A stretch of 64,000 bases of DNA from an uncultured delta proteobacterium (GCA_963815115.1 CAWFFN010000005.1:1216001-1280000); one strand, 5' to 3'. Counted from the first letter of the stretch, positions 52,739 through 63,028 are shown. Translations and numbers: made by a program. Notes: generated from the letters alone by a model not told the origin.

Positions 52739-53652
52739 CGCGTCTCGGCTCCGTTCGCATGCACGGGACCGGCGATCCCCGGCGGCCCCTGGAGCAAGCT
52801 CGTCATCAAGGGCGAGTCGGCCGGGAGGACCAGTGTCGTGTCCTTGTCGATGATCTTCTCGTAGGCCTCGAGCGTGCGTACGAAACGGTAGAAGTCGGGA
52901 TTGGTGCCGACGGCGTCGGCGTAGATGCGTGCGGCCTCCGCTTCCGCCTTGCCGCGAATCTCCGACGCCTTGCGCTCCGCTTCCGACATGATGCGCGCGC
53001 GCTTCAGATCGGCCTCGGCACGGATCTCCAGCGCGCGCTCCTCGCCTTCGGAGCGGAATTGCTTGGCGATCCGCTGGCGTTCGGCGCGCATGCGCTGATA
53101 GACGCTGGCCTCGTTCTGCTGCGGGAACGACAGGCGCTCGAGACGCAGTGCCACCAGCTCGATGCCGAACTCGCGCACCGCCGTGGCGCGGACCCGCTCC
53201 TCGACGTCGCTCACCACGGCGTCGAGCCGCATGCGCGCCGGATCGGGCGACACGAGCGCCTCGAACGGCGCCGAGCCGAACGCCGCGCCCAGCTCCGAGG
53301 CCGACACGGCGGCGAGGCGCGCCTCGGCGGTGTCGCGGACGAGCATGGTCTGCAGGAACCGCAGCGGGTCGGCGACGCGCCAGGTGAGGAACGACCGCGC
53401 CACGATGTTCTTCTTGTCGAGAGTCAGATACTCGGTGGCCGGCGGCTCCGTCAGGAGGACGCGCGCATCCAGCCGCACGACCTGGTCGATCAGCGGCACC
53501 CGGAAGCGTAGCCCCGGCGTCATGCAGGTCCGGATCGGGCGCCCGAAGCGCGTCACGATGGCGTACTCGGTCGCATCCACGACGAAGGGGGAGAGCAGCG
53601 CCAGCGCCGTCACCACCAGCGTGCCCGCGAGGAGAATCCGTCTCGTGGTCAT
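52735..53652 (-). CDS. hflC: HflC-like SPFH protein
   Basis: YLTLDKKN, VYQRMRAER, PDFYRFVRTLEAY. Confidence 0.9.
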   Translation of the reverse strand: MTTRRILLAGTLVVTALALLSPFVVDATEYAIVTRFGRPIRTCMTPGLRFRVPLIDQVVRLDARVLLTEPPATEYLTLDKKNIVARSFLTWRVADPLRFLQTMLVRDTAEARLAAVSASELGAAFGSAPFEALVSPDPARMRLDAVVSDVEERVRATAVREFGIELVALRLERLSFPQQNEASVYQRMRAERQRIAKQFRSEGEERALEIRAEADLKRARIMSEAERKASEIRGKAEAEAARIYADAVGTNPDFYRFVRTLEAYEKIIDKDTTLVLPADSPLMTSLLQGPPGIAGPVHANGAETR

Positions 53653-55778
53653 AGGTCGTCGTCCTCGTTCTGGCCCAGCATGTTGGCGATCGTCCGCCGC
53701 GGCTGTGCGGCGGCAGGGGTCACCGGCGGCGCCAGGGGTGGCGGCACGACGGGCGTGCCGTCACCCCGGAGCCAGAGCTCGTAGCCCTGTGGACCGCCGC
53801 GGGCAGATCGAATCACCTTCCTCGCGCCCGGCAGGACCCGCTCCGCGGTCTCGATGTACATGCGCGTCTCCGTGGTCTCGGGCGCCGTTCGATACGCGGC
53901 GGAGAGGGCGAGGAAGCGCCCGGCATCCGCGTGCGCCCGGACCCGCCGCTCGAGCGCCCACGCCTGCGCCTCGTCCACGGTCTTCTCCGCCTCGCCGCGG
54001 GCCACGGCGACGACCCCCGCGGCGTACTCCTCGGCCTGGTGAATGGTGTTCAGCCGGTCCTCGTGTGCGCTGGCGACGTCGCGGAACGCGTCGTGCACCT
54101 TGGGCGGCGCATGGACGTCGAGCAGGCGGACGCCGCCGACGTCGATACCGAGGCCCATCGTCTCGACGTCGTCGCGCACCCGCCGGAGCATCCACTCCTC
54201 CACCTCGGCACGATCGCGCGTGTACACGGCGTCGATGGGATGCGTCGCCAGCGCGTGCACGAGCTGGCCTCGTGCGATCGCCGTCAGGACGGCTTCCGGA
54301 TCGGCGACGCCGAGCCGGTAGCGGACCGAGTCGCCGACGCGGAACTGGACCTCGGCGCGCACGTCCATCAGGTTCTCGTCGGCCGTCACGTAGAGGGGCG
54401 CATCGGGATCGGCCTCGCGTTCCAGCGAACGGGGCTCGAGCGTGAAGTTGATCGGGCGCTCGCGGACCTGGGCGGTGCGCACGAGTGAGACGGTGTCGAC
54501 GAGCGGGACCGCGTAGAGCAGGCCGGGCGCCCGCGGCGTGCCGTCGAGCGCACCGAAGCGTTGCATCACGGCCTCCTCACCCGGCGACACGCGACGGAAT
54601 CCGCCCAGGAGCGCCGCGACGACCCAGAGGGCCGCCAGGGCCTGGACCGGCCGGCTGCGCACGATCGGGCCGAGGCGCAGGTCGCGCATCCATGCCAGCG
54701 AGGCGCGCGCGTTCGTGGCCAGGTCGCGCAGGCCCGGGCGGACGCCGGTCCGATGCAAGGAGCGGAGCAGCAGCCACGCGAAGCTGACCGCGCCGAGGAT
54801 CTTGAGCGGCGCCAGCAGCTCGGGGCCGGCCGGACCGCGAAGCGCCACCGCCTGGCCGAGATCGGGCAGCAGGAGGTCGACCACGAGCCCCGCCGCCAGC
54901 GCCACGCCGACGATCGTGCCGAGGTAGAGCTGCATCAGCCCGGGCCCGAGCATGCGCCGCAATGCCATCATCGTGGCGCCGTTGGTCGCCGGACCGACGA
55001 GGAGGAACACCAGGGCCGCCCCGGCCGACGCCCCCTTGGCGACGAACAGGGCGGCCAGCGGGGTCGACGCGCTCGCGCAGACATAGAGAGGAGCGCCGAT
55101 CAGGACCATGACCGCCATGGCGGCGATCGACGACGGGAAGTAGCGATCGAAGAAATCGGCCGGCAGGATCGCGCCCAGCGTCCCCGTCAGCAGCACGGCC
55201 GCCAGCAGCCAGAACCCGACGTCGTCGAAGAGCTCGACGAAGGCGTAGTGCGCCGCGCGCCGGACCTTCCGTCTCGTGCGCCCGGGAAGCGAGATCTCGC
55301 CGGTGGCGGGTGCCTCGCCGTGATCGTGGCAATCGACGGCGAATGATCCCCGTTCGCAGCCGTGGTCGGGCAGCCGGAGCGAGAGCATGCCCGCGACGAC
55401 GCCGGTGATCGTCGCCACCACGGGGCGGATCACGGCCATCACCGGGCCGAAGTAGGCGGCGGTGATGGCCACCGAGTCCACGCCGACCTCGGGGGTGGTG
55501 ATGAGGAAGGACAGCGTCGCTTCCCGGCTCGCGCCCTTGCGGCGGAGCGCCATCGCCGCCGGAAGCACGCCGCACGAGCAGAGCGGGATCGGCGCCCCGA
55601 GGAGCGACGCGCGCACGCAGGCGCCCAGGCTGCGGCTGCCGAGATGCTTCACCAGTCGTGCCGGATCGATCAGGACGTGCAGCGCGCCGGCGACGGCGAA
55701 GCCGAACACGATCCAGAGCCCGCCCTCGTACAGCGTACGTCCGGTCTCCCGGACCACCGCGATGATGAAGTCGATCAA
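53649..55778 (-). CDS. DUF318 (SO_0444/ArsP-like) permease fused to an HflK-like SPFH domain
   Basis: PLCSCGVLP, TPEVGVDS, YVCASASTP, GPATN, then VTADEN, AFRDVASA, RMYIET in one frame; start uncertain. Confidence 0.85.
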   Translation of the reverse strand: MIDFIIAVVRETGRTLYEGGLWIVFGFAVAGALHVLIDPARLVKHLGSRSLGACVRASLLGAPIPLCSCGVLPAAMALRRKGASREATLSFLITTPEVGVDSVAITAAYFGPVMAVIRPVVATITGVVAGMLSLRLPDHGCERGSFAVDCHDHGEAPATGEISLPGRTRRKVRRAAHYAFVELFDDVGFWLLAAVLLTGTLGAILPADFFDRYFPSSIAAMAVMVLIGAPLYVCASASTPLAALFVAKGASAGAALVFLLVGPATNGATMMALRRMLGPGLMQLYLGTIVGVALAAGLVVDLLLPDLGQAVALRGPAGPELLAPLKILGAVSFAWLLLRSLHRTGVRPGLRDLATNARASLAWMRDLRLGPIVRSRPVQALAALWVVAALLGGFRRVSPGEEAVMQRFGALDGTPRAPGLLYAVPLVDTVSLVRTAQVRERPINFTLEPRSLEREADPDAPLYVTADENLMDVRAEVQFRVGDSVRYRLGVADPEAVLTAIARGQLVHALATHPIDAVYTRDRAEVEEWMLRRVRDDVETMGLGIDVGGVRLLDVHAPPKVHDAFRDVASAHEDRLNTIHQAEEYAAGVVAVARGEAEKTVDEAQAWALERRVRAHADAGRFLALSAAYRTAPETTETRMYIETAERVLPGARKVIRSARGGPQGYELWLRGDGTPVVPPPLAPPVTPAAAQPRRTIANMLGQNEDDDL

Positions 55779-56019
55779 AGCCGGATGCCCCGCGCGACTT
55801 AGCAGGCATGATGCCGACGGCAGTTCCTGATGCGTGGCCCATTCGCACGTGCAGAGTGCGTGCGACGTCGGCATCGAATCGCCGAAATCGTCAGCACGGC
55901 GACGTCGCGTTTCACGGTCGAGCGATCTGCGCGGACGTCGCTGCGGGCACCATCGTTGCTACTCACGCTCGTTCAGCAGCGTTCAGACGATGGGTCGGTT
56001 CGAAAGAGGGAGGGAATCC

Positions 56020-57189
56020 ATGGCGAAAGGATTCACGGCACCACGCACGGTCGCCGTCGCAGCAGGCGTAGCTATTCCCGTCTGCCTCGGCGTGCTCGGT
56101 CATCGCGCCGCGAATGCCACGAAGAGCGAGGCGACGTACTTTGCGCCCTCGACGTCGCAGACGGTGTGGCGCGGCTTCTATCCGAAGGATGCGCCGCCGC
56201 TCCTCACCGTCCCGAGCGGGGCCATCGTGCGCATCGACACGCTGTCGCATCAGGGGCTGAACCAGAAGCCGAGCGGCCAGCCGGATCCGGTCACCCAGGC
56301 CGCGGCCAGCGGCGTTCCGGCGGATCAGGTCCTCGCCGACGCGATCGACGTCTACGACAATCTCGACTACGCCAACCGGACCAAGAACGGTGGCACCCAC
56401 GTCCTGACCGGGCCGATCTACATCGACGGCGCCGAACCGGGCGACACGCTGGAAGTGCGCATCCTGAAGGTGGAGGCGCGCGTGCCCTGGGGTCGGGCGC
56501 CCGGCGGCAAGATCGTCTACATCGACAACAAGCGCGCGCTGTTTGCGCCGGGCATCGAGATATCGCTCAAGCCGTTCCAGGGCATCATGGCGACGTGCCC
56601 GTCGGACGACTATGTCTCGCCGATTCCCGAGGTCGCGGCGGCCGGGTTCGCCGGAACGCGGCCGCCCGGTCCGTACGGCGGCAACATGGACACCAACGAT
56701 CTCGGCGAGGGGACCAGCCTCTACCTGCCGGTCTTCCGCCCGGGAGCACAGTTCTTCACCGGTGACCCGCACCAGGTTCAGGGCAACGGCGAGATCGGCG
56801 GCAGCGCGCTCGAGCAGTCGAACACGGTCACCTTCCAGTTCATCGTGCACAAGGGCGGCGGTCTCACGGGCCCACGCGCCGAGACGCCGACGCACTACAT
56901 CCTGATGGGCATCGACGTCGACCTCGACGTGGCCATGCGGGCGGCGCTGAAGGACGCGCTCGACTTCCTCCAGGCGGAGAAGGGATTCACGCCCGCGGAG
57001 GCGATGTCGTTCGCCAGCCTGGCCGTCGACATGAACATCGCGGAGGCGGTCGACTTCACGCAGCTCGTGATGGCGCGGATCCCCAAGCGCTTCTTCAAGG
57101 ACGACTTCGGGAAGCAACCGGACTTCTGGCACAAGCCGCTGACGGTGAAGAGCGAAGCGCAGCGTCAGGGTCTCGAGGACATCCGATAG
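56020..57189 (+). CDS. acetamidase/formamidase family protein
   Basis: HVLTGPIYIDGAEPGD, GGNMD, GDPH..QGNGE; N-terminal hydrophobic leader. Confidence 0.9.
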   Translation: MAKGFTAPRTVAVAAGVAIPVCLGVLGHRAANATKSEATYFAPSTSQTVWRGFYPKDAPPLLTVPSGAIVRIDTLSHQGLNQKPSGQPDPVTQAAASGVPADQVLADAIDVYDNLDYANRTKNGGTHVLTGPIYIDGAEPGDTLEVRILKVEARVPWGRAPGGKIVYIDNKRALFAPGIEISLKPFQGIMATCPSDDYVSPIPEVAAAGFAGTRPPGPYGGNMDTNDLGEGTSLYLPVFRPGAQFFTGDPHQVQGNGEIGGSALEQSNTVTFQFIVHKGGGLTGPRAETPTHYILMGIDVDLDVAMRAALKDALDFLQAEKGFTPAEAMSFASLAVDMNIAEAVDFTQLVMARIPKRFFKDDFGKQPDFWHKPLTVKSEAQRQGLEDIR

Positions 57190-57200
57190 GAACGGAGGGG

Positions 57201-58409
57201 ATGGGCATGTTGACCAAGTCGACCACACGGCGCGCCATCGCGATCGGGGCGGCGCTGACGGCACTCGTTGCGCTCGGGGTCCTCGGCCACCGCGCCGCGA
57301 ATGCCAGGAAGAACGAAGCCGACTACTTCCTGTCCTCCACCCCCGAGAACCTCTGGTTCGGGTGGTTCCCGCGTGACGCGCCGCCGGCGCTCACCGTGCC
57401 CAGCGGCGCGGTCGTCAAGATCGACACGATCTCGCACCGCGGTGTCGGCGGCAACGGTCTCGACCCGGTCGCCTTCCTCGGCCAGTTCGGGGTCAGCCCG
57501 GAGGAGGTGCTCCCCGACGTCATCAACGCCTTCAACAACCTGCCTCCCGACCACCGCGCGCCGCGCGGGGGCGGCGGCCACTACCTCACCGGGCCGATCT
57601 ACGTCGACGGCGCGGAACCCGGCGACACCCTCGAGGCTCGCATCCTGAAGGTCGAATCGCGGGTGCCGTACGGCATCAACGCGCAGAGCTCCGGCGGTGC
57701 GCTGCCGGGCTATCTGAGCCAGTCGACCGTTCGCCTGATGCGCACCAACGGTGACGTCGTGCTCTTCAAGGAGGGCGTCGAGATCCCGATGAAGCGGTTC
57801 CAGGGCATCATGGCGGTCGCCGCCGCCGACGACTTCGTCTCACCGGTCGGCAGCGCCGCCTCCGTCGGGATCGTCAGCTCGACCCCGCCGGGGCCCTTCG
57901 GTGGCAACATGGACACCAACGACCTCGGCGAGGGAACGAGCCTCTACCTCCCCGTGTTCCGGACCGGCGCCCAGTTCTTCACCGGCGATCCGCACGGTGT
58001 GCAGGGCAATGGCGAGGTCTCGGGCAATGCGCTCGAGCAGTCCAACACCGTCACCATCCAGTTCATCGTTCACAAGGGCGGCGGCCTCACCGGACCGCGC
58101 GCCGAGACCCCGACGCATTTCATCACGATGGGCATCGACCAGGATCACGACACGGCGTACATGCTGGCCCTCGCCGACGCGCTCTCGTTTCTGCAGACGG
58201 AGAAGGGCCTCTCGCTGTCCGACTCGCGCGCGTTCGCCAGTCTCGCGGTGGACTTCGACATCGCGGAGTCGGTGGACAACACGCAGCTCGTGATGGGGAG
58301 GATTCCGAAGCGCTTCTTCGTCGACGACTGGGAGCCGAAGGAGTTCTGGCACAAGCCGCTCCACGTCCGCACGGAAGCGCAGCGCCAGGGACTCGATCGG
58401 TTCCACTGA
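57201..58409 (+). CDS. acetamidase/formamidase family protein (tandem paralog)
   Basis: Same motifs; RR-containing leader. Confidence 0.9.
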   Translation: MGMLTKSTTRRAIAIGAALTALVALGVLGHRAANARKNEADYFLSSTPENLWFGWFPRDAPPALTVPSGAVVKIDTISHRGVGGNGLDPVAFLGQFGVSPEEVLPDVINAFNNLPPDHRAPRGGGGHYLTGPIYVDGAEPGDTLEARILKVESRVPYGINAQSSGGALPGYLSQSTVRLMRTNGDVVLFKEGVEIPMKRFQGIMAVAAADDFVSPVGSAASVGIVSSTPPGPFGGNMDTNDLGEGTSLYLPVFRTGAQFFTGDPHGVQGNGEVSGNALEQSNTVTIQFIVHKGGGLTGPRAETPTHFITMGIDQDHDTAYMLALADALSFLQTEKGLSLSDSRAFASLAVDFDIAESVDNTQLVMGRIPKRFFVDDWEPKEFWHKPLHVRTEAQRQGLDRFH

Positions 58410-58456
58410 GGACCTCGGAATTGCCTTCACGGGAACGGCGGTTCTAGAGTCGGTCG

Positions 58457-58984
58457 ATGACGACCGACGACGACCTCCGAGCCGTGCTCCGTCGCCTCGA
58501 GGACCGCGAGGCGATCCGCGACCTGCACGCCCACTACTGCTTCGTTCACGACCGCGGCCATGCCAGCCACGCCGAGGTCGACGTGCAGGCATTTCTGGCG
58601 CTTTGCCATCCGGACGTCGTCTGGGACAACAGCACGGACGGGTCGCGGGCTCATCGCGGTCACGCCGCGGTGGCGGCGTACCTGCGCCGGCTCTGGCCGC
58701 GCTTCGAGTCGTGCATGCACTTCGTCCACAACCTGGCGATCACGTTCGCTGGACCCGATCGCGCCCGCGGGCGGTCGAGCTTCGAGGCCGTCGGCGACAT
58801 GGGCGGCGTCGCATTCGTCGCGGCGGGCTACTACGAGGACGAATACGTGCGCACCGAGGACGGCTGGCGATTCACCCTCCATCGCGAGCTGCCGTTCTTC
58901 TTCGTGAAGACCGGCGAGAGCTGGGCCGGACCGAAGCCGCGCATCATGGAGGAGTGGAAGCAGCGGCCGACCAGCTCGCCGTAG
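58457..58984 (+). CDS. SnoaL/NTF2-like protein
   Basis: LEDREAIRDL..Y, H..HN, GYYEDEYVRTEDGWRF. Confidence 0.85.
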   Translation: MTTDDDLRAVLRRLEDREAIRDLHAHYCFVHDRGHASHAEVDVQAFLALCHPDVVWDNSTDGSRAHRGHAAVAAYLRRLWPRFESCMHFVHNLAITFAGPDRARGRSSFEAVGDMGGVAFVAAGYYEDEYVRTEDGWRFTLHRELPFFFVKTGESWAGPKPRIMEEWKQRPTSSP

Positions 58985-59103
58985 CGCGCCGCCGCATGCC
59001 GCCCAGTCCGCCGCGAACAGCCCCGGTGCACCACACGGTTCGCGAGAAGCCGGGCGCGGTTGCTGCTACGAACGTGCGCCGCTATCGTGCGACCGGAGGC
59101 ACG

Positions 59104-59307
59104 ATGGAGATCAGCGCGCGGAACCAGCTCAAGGGCAAGGTGAAGCAGGTGACCTCCGGAGCCGTCATGAGCGAGGTGGTGGTGGACATTGGCGGCCAGG
59201 AGGTGGTGTCGATGATCTCGAAGGCCTCGGTCGAACGCCTCGGTCTCAAGGCAGGCGATGCGGTGGTGGCGATCATCAAGGCCACCGAGGTGATCATCGG
59301 CAAATGA
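59104..59307 (+). CDS. TOBE/Mop molybdate-binding protein
   Basis: ISARNQLKG...AIIKATEV; GGAGG RBS. Confidence 0.9.
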   Translation: MEISARNQLKGKVKQVTSGAVMSEVVVDIGGQEVVSMISKASVERLGLKAGDAVVAIIKATEVIIGK

Positions 59308-59359
59308 CCGCACGGCAAGCGCAAGGCAAACCCGAGGTACGCCCCCCAAGGTAGGACCA

Positions 59360-59767
59360 ATGAGCGTCCCGGTTCCTCTCGAACGCCTGCGCGAGGCCGT
59401 CGAAGAGCGCAACGCCACCACGTACCTGCTGACGGTATCCGACGACGGCTCGCCACACGCGGTGCATGTGCCGGTCCGTTGGGAGGGCGGGGCCATCGTC
59501 GCAGACGTCGGCAGGCGCAGCGCAGCGAACGCGTGCGCGCGACCGTCGGTGTCGTTGCTCTTTCCGGTGCGAACCGAGGGCGACTACAGTCTGATCGTCG
59601 ACGGTACGGCCAGCGTCGGGGCCGGCGACGACGCGCGGAGCGTGCGCGTCACACCAACGAGAGCGGTTCTCCACCGTCCCGCCGTGGTGCCCGACCGGTC
59701 GTCGTCATGTAGCGCCGACTGCGTGCCGCTGTTCCCCGGGTCCAAAAGCGGTAGCCAAGAGCGGTAG
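59360..59767 (+). CDS. pyridoxamine 5'-phosphate oxidase-like protein
   Basis: YLLTVSDDGSPH, YSLIVDG, PTRAVLHR. Confidence 0.75.
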   Translation: MSVPVPLERLREAVEERNATTYLLTVSDDGSPHAVHVPVRWEGGAIVADVGRRSAANACARPSVSLLFPVRTEGDYSLIVDGTASVGAGDDARSVRVTPTRAVLHRPAVVPDRSSSCSADCVPLFPGSKSGSQER

Positions 59768-59786
59768 ACAAGGCCGGTAGACAAGC
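59748..59786 (+). repeat. three 13-bp tandem repeats
   Basis: GCGGTAGCCAAGA GCGGTAGACAAGG CCGGTAGACAAGC. Confidence 0.75.
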
Positions 59787-59969
59787 CCGCGGCCCCGGAG
59801 GGGCCAAATCGGTTTCTCCGGCCTGTCTCCCGCTTTGCCGCGCGTTCCTACGCGGCGCATCGGGCTGGGAGTGACCGCGGCGATGGTGTGCCGGTGCCCG
59901 CGGCATGCAGTCACGGCATGCGCCTTGCTGGCTCGATCCTCACAGGAGATCGCAACGCGGAGGACCGGG

Positions 59970-60119
59970 ATGATTCGCAAGCTCAAGTCGGGCCAGTATC
60001 GGCTGTACTCGCAGAAGAGGGACAAGGCGGGCAAGCGGAAGAACCTCGGGACGTTCGCCAGTCGCCAGGCCGCCGAGAAGCACGAGCGCGCCGTGCAGTA
60101 CTTCAAGCGGCACGGGTAG
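59970..60119 (+). CDS. small basic conserved hypothetical protein
   Basis: GGAGG RBS; MIRKLKSGQYRLYS...NLGTF..AAEKHERAVQYFKR. Confidence 0.75.
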   Translation: MIRKLKSGQYRLYSQKRDKAGKRKNLGTFASRQAAEKHERAVQYFKRHG

Positions 60120-60436
60120 CGCGCGATGCGTCGAGCCCCCGGGTGACCGCGCAGTACGTTGGGAGCGGTAATTCGTAGGAAACCCGTCCGAGAACGTGAA
60201 CGCCCCGAGCATGCGACATGGTTCGGCTCTGGCGACCGCCGTTCACGACAGCCTGCCGATCCCCGAGCCGGCGCACCCTTGAGACGCTGAGCGCGACCAG
60301 GATCCGGCGGCGACCGGGAAGCGCCCCACGAAGACTCCAGGAGCCGCCAGCGCGCTGCGTCGACGGAAGATGCCTGGGTCGGTCGTTCGATTACCGGGGC
60401 ATCTCTCAACCCCCTGAAGATAGTTGCGAAAATCCA

Positions 60437-60483
60437 TTGACAGCGAGGGGTGCCCTTCGATAGGGCGGGACTGACATGTCAGT
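60437..60483 (+). promoter_or_regulatory. promoter with palindromic operator, copy 1
   Basis: TTGACA-N18-TAGGGC, then perfect palindrome ACTGACATGTCAGT (60470-60483). Confidence 0.7.
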
Positions 60484-60649
60484 TCAATCCGGCCCGCCGT
60501 GACGGACCCGGACCCCCCGCCGAAGCTGTCACTTCGGCGGGGGAGTGCCCCGCTCGCCGCCTCGCGCATAAAGTGCCCGCGACGCGCCGGGGCTTCCGGG
60601 CGGGCCGGGAGCCATCCGGGATCAACGGCCCCTACGAAGGAGTCTGGCG

Positions 60650-62854
60650 ATGGTCCGATGGCTACTCTCAGGAGCGCTCATCCTGGGCGGTTTGTGTAGG
60701 ACCGCCTCGGCAGACGTCATTCCGCCCCCGATCACCTCGTCATTCGTGGGCTTTGAGGAGGTTTTCGGGGCACCCGATGCTCTGTCGGTGCCTGGGCCGC
60801 TGACCACCGAGTATGCCGATCGCGGCGTGATCTTCTCCGGCTTCCCGCCTCAGAACGGCGGCGGCATCTTGGGCCTCGGCCTGGATAGTGGCCACCCCGA
60901 GGTCGAGGGGAACAACTTCATGCTCTTCCTGAGCGCGTTCCCGCTGCTGAACGGCGGCCTCCCGCAATCGCCGGAGACCCTCACGTTCTACCCAGCGATC
61001 ACGGCGTTCCAGTTCGACACCGGCACCTTCGGCATCTCGTGCGCGGACGAAAGCGCCGGGTTGGCGACCACCATGGTGCTGACTGTCCAGGGATTCGACG
61101 CGGGCGGCACGTTGGTCGGCTCGGCCACGCACCCGGTCGTCATCGAAGGTTCGACCGTCCAGCTCAGCTTCACGTCGCCGGCCGAGAAGGTCGTCATCAC
61201 GAGCACCCACACGTGCGGAGCGCCGGACTTCCTGCTCCACGGCGTCGAGCTCTTCACGATGGACCGGGTTTCCTTCACGCCTGTCGCTTCGGCGGCGAGC
61301 AAGTGCGATCAGGGCACGATTGACGCCGCCGGCAAGAAGGCCAAGGCCGAGGCGAGCTGCTACTCCAAGGCGCTCCAGAAGGGCGTTCCGGTCGATGCCG
61401 CCTGCATCCAGAAGGCCGTTGACGCCTTCAACAAGGGCTTCACCAAGGCGCAGGCGAAGGGCGACTGCCTCGCCCCCGACACGGACGCGGGCGCGGTCGA
61501 GAGCGCGGTCGACAACATGCTGGCGAGCGTCATCCAGACGGTGACGGGCGGCGCACCAGGACCGGACGCCTGCTTCGCCAAGAAGCTCACCTCCATCGGC
61601 AAGAAGGCGCAGTCCTTCACGAAGTGCTTCTCGAAGGCAGCGAAGTCGGGCGTGCAGGTCGACGAGGCCTGCGGCCAGAAGGCCGCGGCCTCCTTCAACG
61701 GCTCGCTCAAGGCGTGCGGCACGCCGACCCAGCTCGCGCCGGTGGAGTCGGCGCTCGACACCTTCGGCGTGGCACTGTCGCGGTCGCTGACCGTGGCGAC
61801 GACGAGCACCACCACCACGACCACGAGCACGACGACGACCACCCTGCCTCCGCCGCTCGGCCAGCACCTGTCGTTCACCACGACGGCGGGCACGGCCAAC
61901 TGTGGCACCACCGGTCAGTTCGGCTCGCCGCCCGATCCGCCGTTCTCGGGTGAGCTCGACTCCGACGCGGTCGGAACCAAGATCAGGGACCTCGGGCTCG
62001 GCTGCCTCTACATCGGCGGCGGCGCTGCGACGGTGAACCCGTCGCTCATTCCGGAGAACGCCACCACGGTCCTCGACAGCCCCGACGGCACCACGCTCTC
62101 GGGCAGCCTGGGAACGGGCCGCGCGGACTGCTCGGTGGGGCCGCAGGGCAGCACCAAGCACTGCGTCAACAACCCGGGCTTCGAGTGCAGCAGCGACGGC
62201 GACTGCTTCGCGCCGGGCGGCTGCCAGGCCGACCCCACCTGCTACTTCGGGCCGCCGGTCCTGGTGAACGGCTTCCCCTCGAGCTGCGTGGTGAACACCT
62301 TCGCGCAGAGTGCGAGCGGGACCCTCAACCTGGCCACGGGCGAATCGACGGTCGACATCGAGCTCGCCTCGTTCGTCTACCTGACCCTGGGCAAGCCCAC
62401 CGTGTGCCCGATCTGCGACGGCGGCTTCTGTAACTACGGCGCCAACAGCGGGCAGGCTTGCACGACCAACAACAGCACGCAGACGTCGCTCGATTGTCTG
62501 CCGGATGCCGGCACCTTCGTGGCCACGCTGCCGATCAGCCTCAATCCGCTGACCTCGTCGACGATCACGGCCTCGGCGGCGGACGGACTGTTCTGCCCGG
62601 CGCAGCCGCATGCGGGAGCCTTCGGCACGACGGTGCCCCCAGGCGACGAGACCCCGGGGGTGATGGCTGAGGCGATCGTGCAGAACGGATCGCCGGCGGG
62701 TGATCTGACCGACGGGGCACCCCACGCCGGGGTACTCGTGAGCAACTTCTGTATCCCGCCGACCGGGAGCCTGGCACTCGACGGGCTTGCCGATCTGCCG
62801 GGCGCGGGCTCGCTCAGCTTGCCCGGAAACGCGCAGTTCGTCACCGTTCCGTAG
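60650..62854 (+). CDS. large secreted Cys-rich modular protein
   Basis: AAGGAG RBS, signal peptide, beta-rich N-domain, two 4-Cys helical domains, Thr linker, Cys-rich C-domain. Confidence 0.9.
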   Translation: MVRWLLSGALILGGLCRTASADVIPPPITSSFVGFEEVFGAPDALSVPGPLTTEYADRGVIFSGFPPQNGGGILGLGLDSGHPEVEGNNFMLFLSAFPLLNGGLPQSPETLTFYPAITAFQFDTGTFGISCADESAGLATTMVLTVQGFDAGGTLVGSATHPVVIEGSTVQLSFTSPAEKVVITSTHTCGAPDFLLHGVELFTMDRVSFTPVASAASKCDQGTIDAAGKKAKAEASCYSKALQKGVPVDAACIQKAVDAFNKGFTKAQAKGDCLAPDTDAGAVESAVDNMLASVIQTVTGGAPGPDACFAKKLTSIGKKAQSFTKCFSKAAKSGVQVDEACGQKAAASFNGSLKACGTPTQLAPVESALDTFGVALSRSLTVATTSTTTTTTSTTTTTLPPPLGQHLSFTTTAGTANCGTTGQFGSPPDPPFSGELDSDAVGTKIRDLGLGCLYIGGGAATVNPSLIPENATTVLDSPDGTTLSGSLGTGRADCSVGPQGSTKHCVNNPGFECSSDGDCFAPGGCQADPTCYFGPPVLVNGFPSSCVVNTFAQSASGTLNLATGESTVDIELASFVYLTLGKPTVCPICDGGFCNYGANSGQACTTNNSTQTSLDCLPDAGTFVATLPISLNPLTSSTITASAADGLFCPAQPHAGAFGTTVPPGDETPGVMAEAIVQNGSPAGDLTDGAPHAGVLVSNFCIPPTGSLALDGLADLPGAGSLSLPGNAQFVTVP

Positions 62855-62982
62855 TGTAGAGACGTAGCATCGGCTGTACGGAACTCCCGGCGCCGGCCCA
62901 CGCGGCCTGCGCCGGGACGCGTCTCGGCCTGCGCGCCTACCCCTCAGGTACCGAGATTCGCATCAGTTTACGCAAAAAATGA

Positions 62983-63028
62983 TTGACAGGAGCGGGGGAG
63001 GTTGGTTAGGGCAGACTGACATGTCAGT
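62983..63028 (+). promoter_or_regulatory. promoter with palindromic operator, copy 2
   Basis: TTGACA-N18-TAGGGC, then ACTGACATGTCAGT (63015-63028). Confidence 0.7.

Noticed and set aside
59320-59356. c-di-GMP-I riboswitch (GGCAAACC)
   Set aside because: Lacks the GNRA stem, the GCAAAG element and a second hairpin; the gap is too short.
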